A DNA stretch of 64,000 nucleotides from Bryobacterales bacterium (GTDB lineage Bacteria > Acidobacteriota > Terriglobia > Bryobacterales > UBA6623), in the NCBI GenBank assembly GCA_965208945.1, contig OZ242366.1, forward strand, positions 2,040,483 to 2,104,482, written 5' to 3'. The notes under the pieces were generated by a model. That model made no database searches and was not told the origin of the DNA. It was given only the letters and a program-made list of their open reading frames with translations. Positions 1 through 9,326 of the stretch are shown one piece after another. The position numbers and the translations under genes were made by a program. How positions within the stretch are numbered: position 1 is the stretch's first letter; each line of letters begins with the position of its first letter.

Positions 1-1612
1 AGCCGCCGCTGCGCACCTCGTCGATCTGCTGCCGGCCGTCGGCGGTTGCTTGAATGCGTGCGCCGATCGCGTCACGCCCCTCGGGGGTGAGGGCTTGCAC
101 CAGTAACGCGCCGCCCCGCTCTCCATCGTTCTTCAACAGAGACGGCGCCTCGTGCATGTTGACGATGACGATTTCCAGGCTCCCGTCGTTGTCGAGGTCG
201 CCGATGGCCGTTCCGCGCGAAGAGTGCGCCGCGCCGATCGCCGGACCGGCCTCGCCTGACGCATCGTGGAATCCCCCATCTCTGCGATTCCAGTACAGAA
301 GTCTTTGTTGCAGGAAGGTTTCGGAGAGATGAGTGTCGTCGATACCCGGATAGACGTGTCCGTTCGCGACGAAGATGTCCTTCCAGCCGTCGTGATCGAC
401 ATCAACGAAGGCCGTTCCCCATCCCAGGTACTGGGTGTTCACCGCCAAGCCGGTGCGGATGGTCTCGTCGCTGAAAAACATCTCGCCTTCGTTGCGATAC
501 AGGGTATGGGTGTCACTGGAGAAGTTCGTCTTGAAGAGATCGAGGTCGCCGTCCCCGTCGTAGTCGCCGGCGGTGACTCCCATGCCCGCTTGTTCCATGC
601 CGTCGAGGTTGTAGGCCGTGCCCGAAATCACGCCCACTTCTTCGAATGTCCCGTCTTTCTGGTTGTGATAGAGAAGTGAGGCCGTCGAATCGCACGCGAC
701 ATAGACGTCCGTCCACCCGTCGTTGTCAAAATCGGTCGTGAGCGGGGTGAAGCCGTAGTACTCCTTCGGCACGCTGATGCCCGCCGAGTCGGACATGTCC
801 GCAAACACTCCCTTGCCGTCGTTCTCGTAGAGCGACATCGTCTCGGGAGGCAGGCCTCTCGGCCCGCAGAGCACGGGTACGCCTCTCCAGCGGCATTCCG
901 CCCGCTCACCCGGTTTCGGCGTCTTCTCGGGATCGAACCGAAGGTAATTCGCGACGAATAGATCCAGATCGCCGTCCCGGTCGTGGTCTAGGAAGGCGCA
1001 ACCCGTGCTCCAGCGCCGCTCCGGGCTCAGTAGACCTCGGCTCTTGGTTTCGTCTTGAAAAGTTCCGTCTCCCTGGTTGCGGAACAGCACGTGGGAACCC
1101 CAATGTGTTACCAGGATGTCGGTGTGCGCGTCGTTGTCGACATCGCCGGTGCAGACGCCCTGGCCCCAGCCGGTGTGCCCGATGCCGGCTTCTTCGGTGA
1201 CATCATCGAATGCGAGTCCGCCGCGGTTGCGATAGAGATGATGTCGGGATTGCCCGGCCTTGTCGCCGAACCGGTCTCCGTTCACGAAGAACAGGTCCAT
1301 CAGACCGTCGTTGTCGTAATCGAATATCGCCACACCCGTCCCGGTCGTCTCGACGATATACTCCTTGCCCTTTTCCGCCCCTGAGATGTTGACGCCGGTC
1401 AGGCCTGCCTGCCGTGCGATGTCGCTATAGGCGATCCGGGGCAGCTTCGTTCCCTCGGGTAACGGCCTGCGCGGCTGCGCCCGGCGGCCGGACACCGCCA
1501 CGCCCTGAGCGGACACCAAAGGTTGCAGCACGGCGGCAAGAGCGAAGACCGCGATGACAGCGACAAAACGGCTTGACCTGCGGAAGAGGCTGGTCATCGC
1601 GGATCTCTTCAT
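1..1612 (-). CDS. CRTAC1 / ASPIC-UnbV family FG-GAP (VCBS) repeat protein, secreted; partial (C-terminus lies beyond the left window edge)
   Basis: Own minus-strand translation from ATG at 1612 gives a signal peptide (MKRSAMTSLFRRSSRFVAVIAVFALAAVLQPLVSAQ). Seven FG-GAP type Ca-binding motifs follow (FDYDNDGLMDLFF, GDVDNDAHTDILV, DHDRDGDLDLFV, DFDNDGWTDVYV, GDYDGDGDLDLFK, DVDHDGWKDIFV, GDLDNDGSLEIVI). The frame stays open to base 1, so it is absent from the ORF track. Confidence 0.85.
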   Translation of the reverse strand, partial: MKRSAMTSLFRRSSRFVAVIAVFALAAVLQPLVSAQGVAVSGRRAQPRRPLPEGTKLPRIAYSDIARQAGLTGVNISGAEKGKEYIVETTGTGVAIFDYDNDGLMDLFFVNGDRFGDKAGQSRHHLYRNRGGLAFDDVTEEAGIGHTGWGQGVCTGDVDNDAHTDILVTHWGSHVLFRNQGDGTFQDETKSRGLLSPERRWSTGCAFLDHDRDGDLDLFVANYLRFDPEKTPKPGERAECRWRGVPVLCGPRGLPPETMSLYENDGKGVFADMSDSAGISVPKEYYGFTPLTTDFDNDGWTDVYVACDSTASLLYHNQKDGTFEEVGVISGTAYNLDGMEQAGMGVTAGDYDGDGDLDLFKTNFSSDTHTLYRNEGEMFFSDETIRTGLAVNTQYLGWGTAFVDVDHDGWKDIFVANGHVYPGIDDTHLSETFLQQRLLYWNRRDGGFHDASGEAGPAIGAAHSSRGTAIGDLDNDGSLEIVIVNMHEAPSLLKNDGERGGALLVQALTPEGRDAIGARIQATADGRQQIDEVRSGG

Positions 1613-1934
1613 CGGCAGACACACCTGGGTGAGCCGCAAAGGCTTAGTCTACTGGGAATAGGCGGAGGAAGGATGCGAGTTGTTCTCAGGCATTCATTCC
1701 TGCCGGGAATGCCGACGCACTGGGGGAAGTTCCCCTGGCGAGCCAACGAGAAGGCAAAGGAAAAAATTCCACTCCGGCTGACCTGAAACATCCTCCTATC
1801 CAGGCGAGGTGGACATCTGTTCCGATGTTGCCCACTTGAACGATCCGCACGCGGGCGGAGGAAAAACTGGCCTGCATATCTCGCAGCATGGCGAGACGAA
1901 GTGCCTGCCTGCTGCAAGGCAGGCCTGACAGGGC

Positions 1935-3115
1935 TGGCGGAACAAGGTGCGAACCGCCCGCGCCGGCCTCACGGCCTTTCAGGGTTTTCACGAATCACGA
2001 GACACGAAACACGGCTTTTTTCGAAACACGGGGTTTTTGGTACTGAAGCCCTTCTGTCTTTTTTTCCCGCCCCGGCCTGTTTAGCATCAGGGCAGGATGT
2101 CGGGACTCACCCGGATCGACTTGCCCTCGGCGCGGCGCTCGCTGGGGCGGCAATCGTCCCCCGCGCCGGCAGCACGGCCTTTAAGGTTTTCACGAGACAC
2201 GAAACACGAATCACGGCTTTTTTCAGACCCGAAACACGGCTTTTCTGTGGCTCGTATGGTGCTCGTTGGTACTGAAGCCCTTCAGTCTTGTTTTTTCGGC
2301 CGGAATCTGCTCTAGGTTGACAGTGATGACGCCGTTGCTGGGACCGAAAACCTCATCCACGCCCGTCGGGGACGCGCCGGCTGGAGACAACAAAGCCGCC
2401 CAAGGCACTTCTTTTCAGGTATTTACGAGACCCGAGACCCGAGACACGGCGTTAGCTGGGCGCGAGGCGCAAGCCGGCGCGAATTCCGAGGTTTTCACGA
2501 ATCACGAGACACGAAACACGAAACACGGCTTTTCGAGCCACGGTTTTGTCGAATCGTTGCCTCTTGGTACTGAAGCCCTTCAGTCTTTTTTTCGGCCGGG
2601 GGACGGTTTAGGTTGAGAGTGATGACGCCGTTGTTGGGAACGAAAACCCCATCCGCGCTCGTCGGGGCCAAGTCGGGTGGGGGCAGAAGAGCCGCCCGAT
2701 CGCTGCTTTCCTGCGCGTTGTGGAGCGGCATGGCGCGGCTATGGCGCGGCATGGGCGGCCGCCGTCCCCCGCACCGGCAACACGGCCTGCTGGGTTTTCA
2801 CCAGCCACGGGACACGCAACATGGTTTTCCCCTGCCCTCCGGCGACTCCAAGGAGAGCAACCCCAAGCCCGAACAACGGGTTTTCACGAAACACGAAAGA
2901 CGGCTTTTTTCACCGTGCATGCGCAAGGGACACACAGTCAGAAACCACCGTCCGGACCGCCGCGCACGCCGCCCGGTCACTGCTTTCCTGCGCGTTGTGG
3001 CGCGGCATGGGGCGGCTATGGCGCGGCATGGGCGGCCGCCGTCCCCCGCTCCGGCAACACGGCCTGTAAGGTTTTCACGAAACACGAATCACGAAACACG
3101 GACTTTATTGCCGCG
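1935..3115. repeat. Mosaic non-coding repeat cluster (heptad CACGA arrays, terminator-like hairpins, about 300-bp tandem units)
   Basis: Module GGTTTTCACGA + 3-5 tandem heptads ((A/T)CACGA(A/G)) recurs near 1984, 2184, 2489, 2793, 2877 and 3067. Hairpin ACTGAAG-CCC-CTTCAGT plus T-run occurs near 2040, 2271 and 2568. Blocks such as GCTGCTTTCCTGCGCGTTGTGG..GGCATGG.GCGGCTATGGCGCGGCATGGGCGG occur twice (about 2700 and 2985). Only R/P/A-rich ORFs on both strands. Confidence 0.8.
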
Positions 3116-3592
3116 TGATAACGTGGTTTTGCCTCCTGGTTACGATTTTTTCGAATCATTACGGTTCTTCTGCCCCACAATTCCCCGGAATTCTTCGGAT
3201 GCCGCCCGAGCCGCTGTCCGCGTGCCGTCCGGCGTTCTCGCTCGACCCTGCCGGGAATGGATGGGGATTGAACTGGCTCAGAAGATACGAGCGGGTGAAC
3301 GGATGAGCCTCCTTGCCAGGATGGCTCGTTTCCTCCGGCAGAGCGTCCCGCTCTGTGCCGAGTTGTTCCTGTCGTCGGCCGCCGGCTAGGTTCCGGATCG
3401 CGGCGAACACTTCGGACGCCGAATCCGCCCCATCATCCTGGAACCATGCGGCGAGCGCCACGGCGAAAAGGCGCAGATGGCCGGTCTGAAGCTGACGACG
3501 GCGCGAGGCTTTGGACTTGGCCGCTATGGACTCTCTCGGCCCCCTTGTGTAATATGAACCTGGAGACGGAAATCAGGCAAGGCGGCATCTCA

Positions 3593-6349
3593 ATGAATGC
3601 GCGTGTTCCGGTTGTTTGCTTTCTTCTGACCGTCTTTGCGGGTCTTTGCGGAGATGCGGCCCGGGCTGAGGCCGCACAGGAACACGAAGAGTTCTTCGAG
3701 ACCCGTATTCGGCCCTTGCTCGCCGAGCATTGCCAAAGCTGTCATGGCGAGTTGGCGACCTCTGGACTGCGTGTCGATTCACGCGACGGTTTGTTGAAGG
3801 GCGGCAGCAGAGGACCGGCCATCCTGCCGGGGAATCCCGGGTCCAGCCTGCTCTTGCAAGCCGTCAGCCATTCTCACCCCAACTTGAAAATGCCGCCGTC
3901 CGGCCGGCTGGGTCAACGCGCTGTCGATGATCTCGCCACTTGGGTCCGCGCCGGTGCGGTGTGGCCGCGGAAAACGGAGCAAGTCAGTCAGGAAAAAGCG
4001 AAGGGAATCAGTGAGGAAGACCGATCCTTCTGGTCGTTCCAGCCGCTCAGAAAACCGGCCGTCGTCGGCGACTCGCCCATCGACGAACTCGTTCGGGCGT
4101 CCCTGCAGGAGAATGGCTTGACGCCGAACACGCCGGCCGACAGAAGAACATGGCTCCGCCGCATCAGCTTCGATCTGATGGGCCTGCCTCCGACTCCCGA
4201 GGAGGTTTCCGCATTCCTCGCTGACGACTCGCCACTGACGTTTTCAACAGTTGTGGACCGCTTGCTGAGCTCGCCGCACTTCGGCGAGCGCTGGGGACGT
4301 TATTGGCTCGATGTCGCTCGCTATGGCGAAAACGACTTCCACGGCGTCGGCATCGCAGAGTATCCGCAAGCCTGGCGCTATCGCGACTGGGTGATCGAAG
4401 CCTTCAACTTTGATATGCCCTATGACGTTTTCGTGAAGGCGCAGATCGCCGCTGACCTGATGCCGGGAGACAACCGGAAGCTGCTCGGCGGCCTGGGCCT
4501 GTTCGGCTTGGGGCCATGGTATTACGGGATTTCACATCCTCCCCAAGCCCGCTCCGACGAACGCAATGAGCGAGTGGACATGGTTTCGCGCGGCTTGTTG
4601 GGGCTGACGGTCGCTTGCGCCAGATGCCACGATCACAAGTACGACCCCATCTCGATGCGGGACTACTATGGGCTGGCCGGGGTCTTCGCCAGCGTGCACT
4701 ATAAGAGCTATCCTCTCGCCTCGGAACAGACCATCCAGGACTACAAGCGGCAGGAGAAAGAGATCAAGGACCTCGAGAAGGAGATTGCCGATTTCCTGAA
4801 GCGGCAGAGTGAAGACCTCGCGCGCATCTTCACACGGCGTACCGCCGACTATGTGATCGCCTCTTGGCGGGTTCTGTCGCCGGGTGAGATGGACGAGGAG
4901 GAGCTTGCCTGCAAGGTCGACGAGGTCGCACGCCGGAGCAAGCTTGACTGGAAGATCCTGGAGCGCTGGGTCAACTACCTGCGAAAGCCTCACGAGGATC
5001 ATCCCTACTTGGACGCCTGGAAGCGGTTGCTTGAGGATGGAAACGCCGCCGAGGAGCAAGTCCGGCAAGTTGCCGACGACTATCAAGCGCTGGTCGTTTC
5101 GCTCGCGGATGAACGAGAGAAGATCGAGGAAGAGACGCGGACTCTCGTAGCCCGTCTGGATAAGAAGAAACGAGAGCGGACGCAGCTTCCCAACAATTAC
5201 ATCTCGGGCGACAGCTTCAAGTTCAATGATGTGGATACGACACCGATGTCGCGACACCGGTACCTGGCTTGGAAGCCGGTTCTCGGGGTAGGCAATGATG
5301 CGGTCCTGCGTTATCAAGGGGAAGAACTGGAGCGCTTCCTTCAGGGTGAGTGGAAACAGCACCTGCAGTCGCTTCGAGCTGAACTCGAGGAGAAAAAAGA
5401 AAAACTGCCGCCTCACTACCCTTACCTGCCGGGGATCGAGGACTGGAAGGAGCCGCGGAACGCCAAGCTCAACCCTCGCGGCAACCCGTTCCAGGAGGGA
5501 GAGGAGATTCCTCGGCGATTTCCTGCGGTGTTGAGCCACGGCGAGCCCGCTCCGTTCCGCAATGGAAGTGGCAGATTGGAATTGGCCGAAGCGATCGTCA
5601 AACAGCCGCTGGCAGCGCGGGTCATGGCAAATCGTGTTTGGCATCACCTTTTTGGCAGTGGCATCGTGCGAACAACGAGTAATTTTGGACGGACCGGAGC
5701 CAAACCCTCAAATCCGAAGCTGCTCGAATACCTGGCGTGGCGTCTCGTCCATCAGCAGTGGTCGATCAAGAAACTCATTCGCGAGATTGTGCTCTCCGAA
5801 ACCTATCGGGCAAGCAGCGACAGATTGAATCCCAACGAAGCGAAGGATCCCGACAATCGCTTCTTCCGGCGTGCCAACCGGCGCCGTCTCGACATCGAGG
5901 CCTTGCGAGACGCGATGTTGTTCGTTGCCGGACAACTCGACCCTGAACAGGGCGGCGAGTCCAAGGCACTCTCCGCCGAAAACCGCAGGCGAACCGTTTA
6001 CGCAAGAGTCCAGCGCTTCCGGCCGGATGAAACATTGGCCTTGTTCGACTTCCCGAATCCGAGCGCGAGCAGCGCGCAACGGGTTGTCACCAATGTGCCG
6101 TTGCAGCGCCTCTTTTTTCTCAACAGCGGCTTCGTTCTACAACAGTCTGAAGCCTTGGCGGCGCGGGTCCGGTCCGCCGGAAGCGATGACGATCGGATCC
6201 GGGAGGCGTATCGGCTTTCGTTTACACGCGAGGCGGACGACTCGGACGTTCGGGACGCCCTCGACTTTCTCGCCGCCGCTGGAGAAGACGGCTGGACCCA
6301 GTATGCACAGGTGTTGCTCGGTTCTAACGAATTTGCCTTCATTGATTAG
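3593..6349 (+). CDS. PSCyt1 / DUF1549 / DUF1553 domain protein (Planctomycete-type cytochrome-c-like, secreted)
   Basis: ORF 3446..6349. Preferred start is M50 (3593), which gives a signal peptide (MNARVPVVCFLLTVFAGLCGDAARAEA). CxxCH motif (CQSCHG), DUF1549-like FDLMGLPPTPEEV..SPHFGERWGRYWLDVARYGE, DUF1553-like CARCHDHKYDPISMRDYY. Confidence 0.9.
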   Translation: MNARVPVVCFLLTVFAGLCGDAARAEAAQEHEEFFETRIRPLLAEHCQSCHGELATSGLRVDSRDGLLKGGSRGPAILPGNPGSSLLLQAVSHSHPNLKMPPSGRLGQRAVDDLATWVRAGAVWPRKTEQVSQEKAKGISEEDRSFWSFQPLRKPAVVGDSPIDELVRASLQENGLTPNTPADRRTWLRRISFDLMGLPPTPEEVSAFLADDSPLTFSTVVDRLLSSPHFGERWGRYWLDVARYGENDFHGVGIAEYPQAWRYRDWVIEAFNFDMPYDVFVKAQIAADLMPGDNRKLLGGLGLFGLGPWYYGISHPPQARSDERNERVDMVSRGLLGLTVACARCHDHKYDPISMRDYYGLAGVFASVHYKSYPLASEQTIQDYKRQEKEIKDLEKEIADFLKRQSEDLARIFTRRTADYVIASWRVLSPGEMDEEELACKVDEVARRSKLDWKILERWVNYLRKPHEDHPYLDAWKRLLEDGNAAEEQVRQVADDYQALVVSLADEREKIEEETRTLVARLDKKKRERTQLPNNYISGDSFKFNDVDTTPMSRHRYLAWKPVLGVGNDAVLRYQGEELERFLQGEWKQHLQSLRAELEEKKEKLPPHYPYLPGIEDWKEPRNAKLNPRGNPFQEGEEIPRRFPAVLSHGEPAPFRNGSGRLELAEAIVKQPLAARVMANRVWHHLFGSGIVRTTSNFGRTGAKPSNPKLLEYLAWRLVHQQWSIKKLIREIVLSETYRASSDRLNPNEAKDPDNRFFRRANRRRLDIEALRDAMLFVAGQLDPEQGGESKALSAENRRRTVYARVQRFRPDETLALFDFPNPSASSAQRVVTNVPLQRLFFLNSGFVLQQSEALAARVRSAGSDDDRIREAYRLSFTREADDSDVRDALDFLAAAGEDGWTQYAQVLLGSNEFAFID

Positions 6350-6352
6350 CAT

Positions 6353-7762
6353 ATGTCCGTTCACTTTCCCTCCATACCGCCTGCAGTGAGCCGCCGCAGT
6401 CTGTTGGCGCAACTCGGCAGCGGCTTCGGCCTGCTGGGCCTCGCGAAGCTGAAGGCCGCCACGTCGGGCCCCTTTGATCCGAAACCGCCCCACTACGAGC
6501 CCCGTGTGAAGAACGTCATCTTCCTGATGATGAATGGCGGCTGGTCGCAAGTGGATACCTTCGACCCCAAGCCGTCCCTCACCAGGTACGACGGTAAGCC
6601 GATGCCCGGCGGCACACCGAAGACCGACGCCGATGACGGCCGAGTCGGGTCTTTGATGCAGTCGCCGTTTCGCTTCCACAAACACGGGCAAAGCGGTATC
6701 GAGGTGAGCGAGCTGTTCCCTCAGGTGGGCGAGGTCATCGATGACTTCTGCGTCATCCGTTCGATGCACACGAATGTGCCCAACCACGAGCCGGGGCTCT
6801 TCATGATCAACTGCGGGGCGCTCCAGCCGGGTCGACCTTCCATCGGCTCATGGATTACCTATGGGCTTGGCACCGAAAACCGCAACCTGCCCGGATTTGT
6901 CGTCCTGTGTCCTGGTGTGCCGACGGTCGGCCCTCCTCTGTGGAACTCCGCTTTTCTGCCTGCCGTCTACCAGGGAACCCATATTCACACCGAGGAGACA
7001 GATCCCAGGAAGTTGATCCGGTACATTCGGAACGAGCGCTTCACCTACGACGTACAGCGTCGGCAGCTCAACCTGCTCGAGCGCCTGAATCGCCGCCATC
7101 TTGCGACCCGCGAAGGGGACTCACAACTCGAAGCGGCGATCGAGACCATGGAAACGGCCTTCCGCATGCAGATGCAAGCGCCCGAGGTCTTTGACATTGC
7201 TCAGGAGACGGAAACGCTGCGCGATAGTTACGGCAACAGCGACTTCGGCCGGGCTTGTCTCATGGCGCGGCGCATGGTGGAGCACGGCGTTCGCATCGTG
7301 CAAGTCTATTTCGGCAAGGTCCAGCCTTGGGACAGCCATGGGGACATCATGGCCCACAAGCGTCTGTCGGCAGAGGCGGACCCGGCCATCGCGACTCTCA
7401 TCAGGGATCTCAAAGCCCGCGGCCTCTTCGAAGAGACTTTGGTCATTGTGGGAAGTGAGTTCGGGCGAACCCCAGCGGTCCAGTTGCAGCGAAACTCCCA
7501 ACTGACCAACGGCCGTGACCATAACTCGCTTGGCTTTACGGTCCTTCTCGCCGGAGGTGGAGTCAGGGGAGGTATGACCTATGGCGCAACCGATGAGTTC
7601 GGATACACCGCTGTAGAAAAGCCGGTCCATGTTCACGACCTGCACGCGACCGTCCTTCACCTGCTCGGCCTCGACCACACGAAGCTCACCTACCACTACA
7701 GCGGTCGGGATTTCCGCCTGACTGACGTCCACGGGAACGTTCTCAGCGAAATCCTTGTGTGA
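6353..7762 (+). CDS. DUF1501 domain protein (sulfatase/phosphatase-fold, Tat signal)
   Basis: 469-aa ORF starting 3 nt after the upstream gene. Twin-arginine leader (SRRSLLAQLGSGFGLLGLA). Typical partner of PSCyt/DUF1553 proteins. Confidence 0.9.
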   Translation: MSVHFPSIPPAVSRRSLLAQLGSGFGLLGLAKLKAATSGPFDPKPPHYEPRVKNVIFLMMNGGWSQVDTFDPKPSLTRYDGKPMPGGTPKTDADDGRVGSLMQSPFRFHKHGQSGIEVSELFPQVGEVIDDFCVIRSMHTNVPNHEPGLFMINCGALQPGRPSIGSWITYGLGTENRNLPGFVVLCPGVPTVGPPLWNSAFLPAVYQGTHIHTEETDPRKLIRYIRNERFTYDVQRRQLNLLERLNRRHLATREGDSQLEAAIETMETAFRMQMQAPEVFDIAQETETLRDSYGNSDFGRACLMARRMVEHGVRIVQVYFGKVQPWDSHGDIMAHKRLSAEADPAIATLIRDLKARGLFEETLVIVGSEFGRTPAVQLQRNSQLTNGRDHNSLGFTVLLAGGGVRGGMTYGATDEFGYTAVEKPVHVHDLHATVLHLLGLDHTKLTYHYSGRDFRLTDVHGNVLSEILV

Positions 7763-7852
7763 AGGCTCCGCTCGCAACAACAATCCTTTTCCACACGGAG
7801 TGGTCCTCGCCGGATTCGGCAGCCGAGGCTGTCAATGCCGGGTCGACGCCCG

Positions 7853-9304
7853 TCAGGTAAGAATCTCTTTGATCACGCGGGCCGGGTATTGGTCGATGAG
7901 GCGCTCGTCGAGTCCGTGGCGCTTGTAGGTCAGCTCGCGGGCATCCATGCCGAGTTGATGGAGGAACGTGGCATGCAGATCGTGCACGCTGACTCGATCT
8001 TCGGCGGCGTGGTAGCCGATCTCGTCAGTGGAGCCGTGCGTGTAGCCGCGCTTGATGCCTCCGCCGGCCATCCAGATGCTGAAGCCCATGGGACCGTGGT
8101 CGCGGCCGGAGCTGTAGCCCGCCCTTTCTTGCGAGACGGGCATGCGGCCGAATTCACCGCCCCATAGCACAAGCGTTTTGTCGAGCAGCCCGCGCTGCTT
8201 GAGGTCCGTGAGCAGCGCCGCCACCGGCTTGTCGGTCTTGCCGCAACTGTAGTCGAGGCTCTTTTGGAGATCCGAGTGACTGTCCCAGATTTGGTATTCG
8301 ATGAAGAGTTGAACGAACCGCACGCCGCGCTCGACAAGACGCCGGGCCATTAGGCAGCGGGTGCCGTAGGACCTTGTCTGCTCGTCGTCGAGTCCGTACA
8401 TCTCCTTGGTCTTCTCGCTCTCTTGGGAAAGGTCGAGAGCGTCCGTCGCTTCGACCTGCATCCTCGCAGCCAGCTCATAGCTGGCAATGCGAGCGTCGAG
8501 CTCGGGATATCGCGGTCGTTGTCCTCGATGGCTTTCGTCCAGCCGGCGGAGAAGGTCTCGCTCGGCCTGCACCAGCGGGGAGGGGAGGTCCTGTTCCGGC
8601 TTGAGGTTCAACAACGGCGGGCCTTCGGAGCGAAAGCGCGTTCCTTGGAATTCCGGCGGGAGCCAACCGGCCTGCCAATTCTGGATGCCATTGACGGGCA
8701 GCTTCTTGGGATCGTCGAGCACGACATAGCCGGGCAGGTTCTGATTCTCGCTGCCCAATCCGTAGGTTACCCAGGAACCGAGCGCCGGCCGTCCGGGCAA
8801 TGTCCGTCCGGAGTGCATCAAATACAGCGACGGCTCGTGGTTGAAGTGCTCGCCATGCATCGAGCGAATCAGTGTGATGTCATCGACGCGCTTCGCCAAG
8901 TGGGGCAGCGCCTCGGAGACATCCATTCCGCACTCGCCATGCTTGGCGAACTTGTACGGCGACGGCAGAAAGTTGCCGGCCTGTTGGGGGTTCTCAAGCC
9001 GATTGAGGATGTCGCGCGGCGCTTTCTTCCCGGCGTACTTCTCGAGGGTCGGTTTCGGATCGAACAGATCGACTTGGCTCGGGCCGCCGTTCATGAACAG
9101 ATGAATCACCGAAGTGGCCTGCGGCTCGAAGTGCGGTTTGCGCGGCTGAAAACCATGAATCCGCGTCGCCGCGGCTGCAGTGGAAGGTCTCGAATAGAGG
9201 TCGGTTCCCAGCAGCGTTGCGAGGGCGGCGCCGTGTACTCCGTCGCTGATCCGCGAGAAGAAGTCTCGGCGGCTTACCTTTCGGGGTGTCGGTTTCATAT
9301 CCAT
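7853..9304 (-). CDS. DUF1501 domain protein (Tat signal)
   Basis: 483-aa ORF with SRRDFFSRISDG twin-arginine leader. Clearly paralogous to 6353..7762 (e.g. GSEFGRTP vs GGEFGRMP, HDLHAT shared). 22 nt downstream of its DUF1553 partner. Confidence 0.9.
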   Translation of the reverse strand: MDMKPTPRKVSRRDFFSRISDGVHGAALATLLGTDLYSRPSTAAAATRIHGFQPRKPHFEPQATSVIHLFMNGGPSQVDLFDPKPTLEKYAGKKAPRDILNRLENPQQAGNFLPSPYKFAKHGECGMDVSEALPHLAKRVDDITLIRSMHGEHFNHEPSLYLMHSGRTLPGRPALGSWVTYGLGSENQNLPGYVVLDDPKKLPVNGIQNWQAGWLPPEFQGTRFRSEGPPLLNLKPEQDLPSPLVQAERDLLRRLDESHRGQRPRYPELDARIASYELAARMQVEATDALDLSQESEKTKEMYGLDDEQTRSYGTRCLMARRLVERGVRFVQLFIEYQIWDSHSDLQKSLDYSCGKTDKPVAALLTDLKQRGLLDKTLVLWGGEFGRMPVSQERAGYSSGRDHGPMGFSIWMAGGGIKRGYTHGSTDEIGYHAAEDRVSVHDLHATFLHQLGMDARELTYKRHGLDERLIDQYPARVIKEILT

Positions 9305-9326
9305 CGCTCGACTCCTCTCTGCGTGC

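Noticed and set aside
1935-3115. Possible CRISPR array, because a roughly 35-nt motif (GGTTTTCACGA + heptads) recurs
   Set aside because: The spacing is irregular (about 200, 305, 304, 84 and 190 bp). The intervening sequences are themselves repeated elsewhere. The motif is variable in length. No cas genes are present.
2613-3389. 258-aa ORF, plus overlapping 116-132-aa ORFs across the repeat cluster. The mirrored ORFs 32810..33397 (+) and 38886..39437 (-) are the same kind.
   Set aside because: They are Arg/Pro/Ala-rich low-complexity translations of repeat DNA and are open on both strands. Their sequence is dictated by the heptad/hairpin modules. They have no start context.
3446-3592. Upstream extensions offered by the ORF track. 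Examples: 3446 for the PSCyt gene, 17099, 17288, 21462, 23436, 25817, 25979, 28408, 29609, 31336, 51518, 52780, 55640, 58715.
   Set aside because: The extensions are Arg-rich and lack signal or family sequence, and they often overlap the neighbouring gene. An internal Met restores the expected N-terminus (signal peptide or conserved family start), sometimes with a visible GGAGG-like site.
4532-5647. Long antisense ORFs inside well-supported genes: 4532..5647 -, 8423..9505 +, 11043..12005 +, 12184..13152 +, 29711..30850 -, 35665..36588 +, 44195..45433 +, 46368..47864 +, 54318..55415 +
   Set aside because: These are typical shadow ORFs of high-GC coding DNA. Each lies fully within a gene that has strong family motifs on the opposite strand. 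Their translations are Arg/Gly/Val-rich without recognisable domains.
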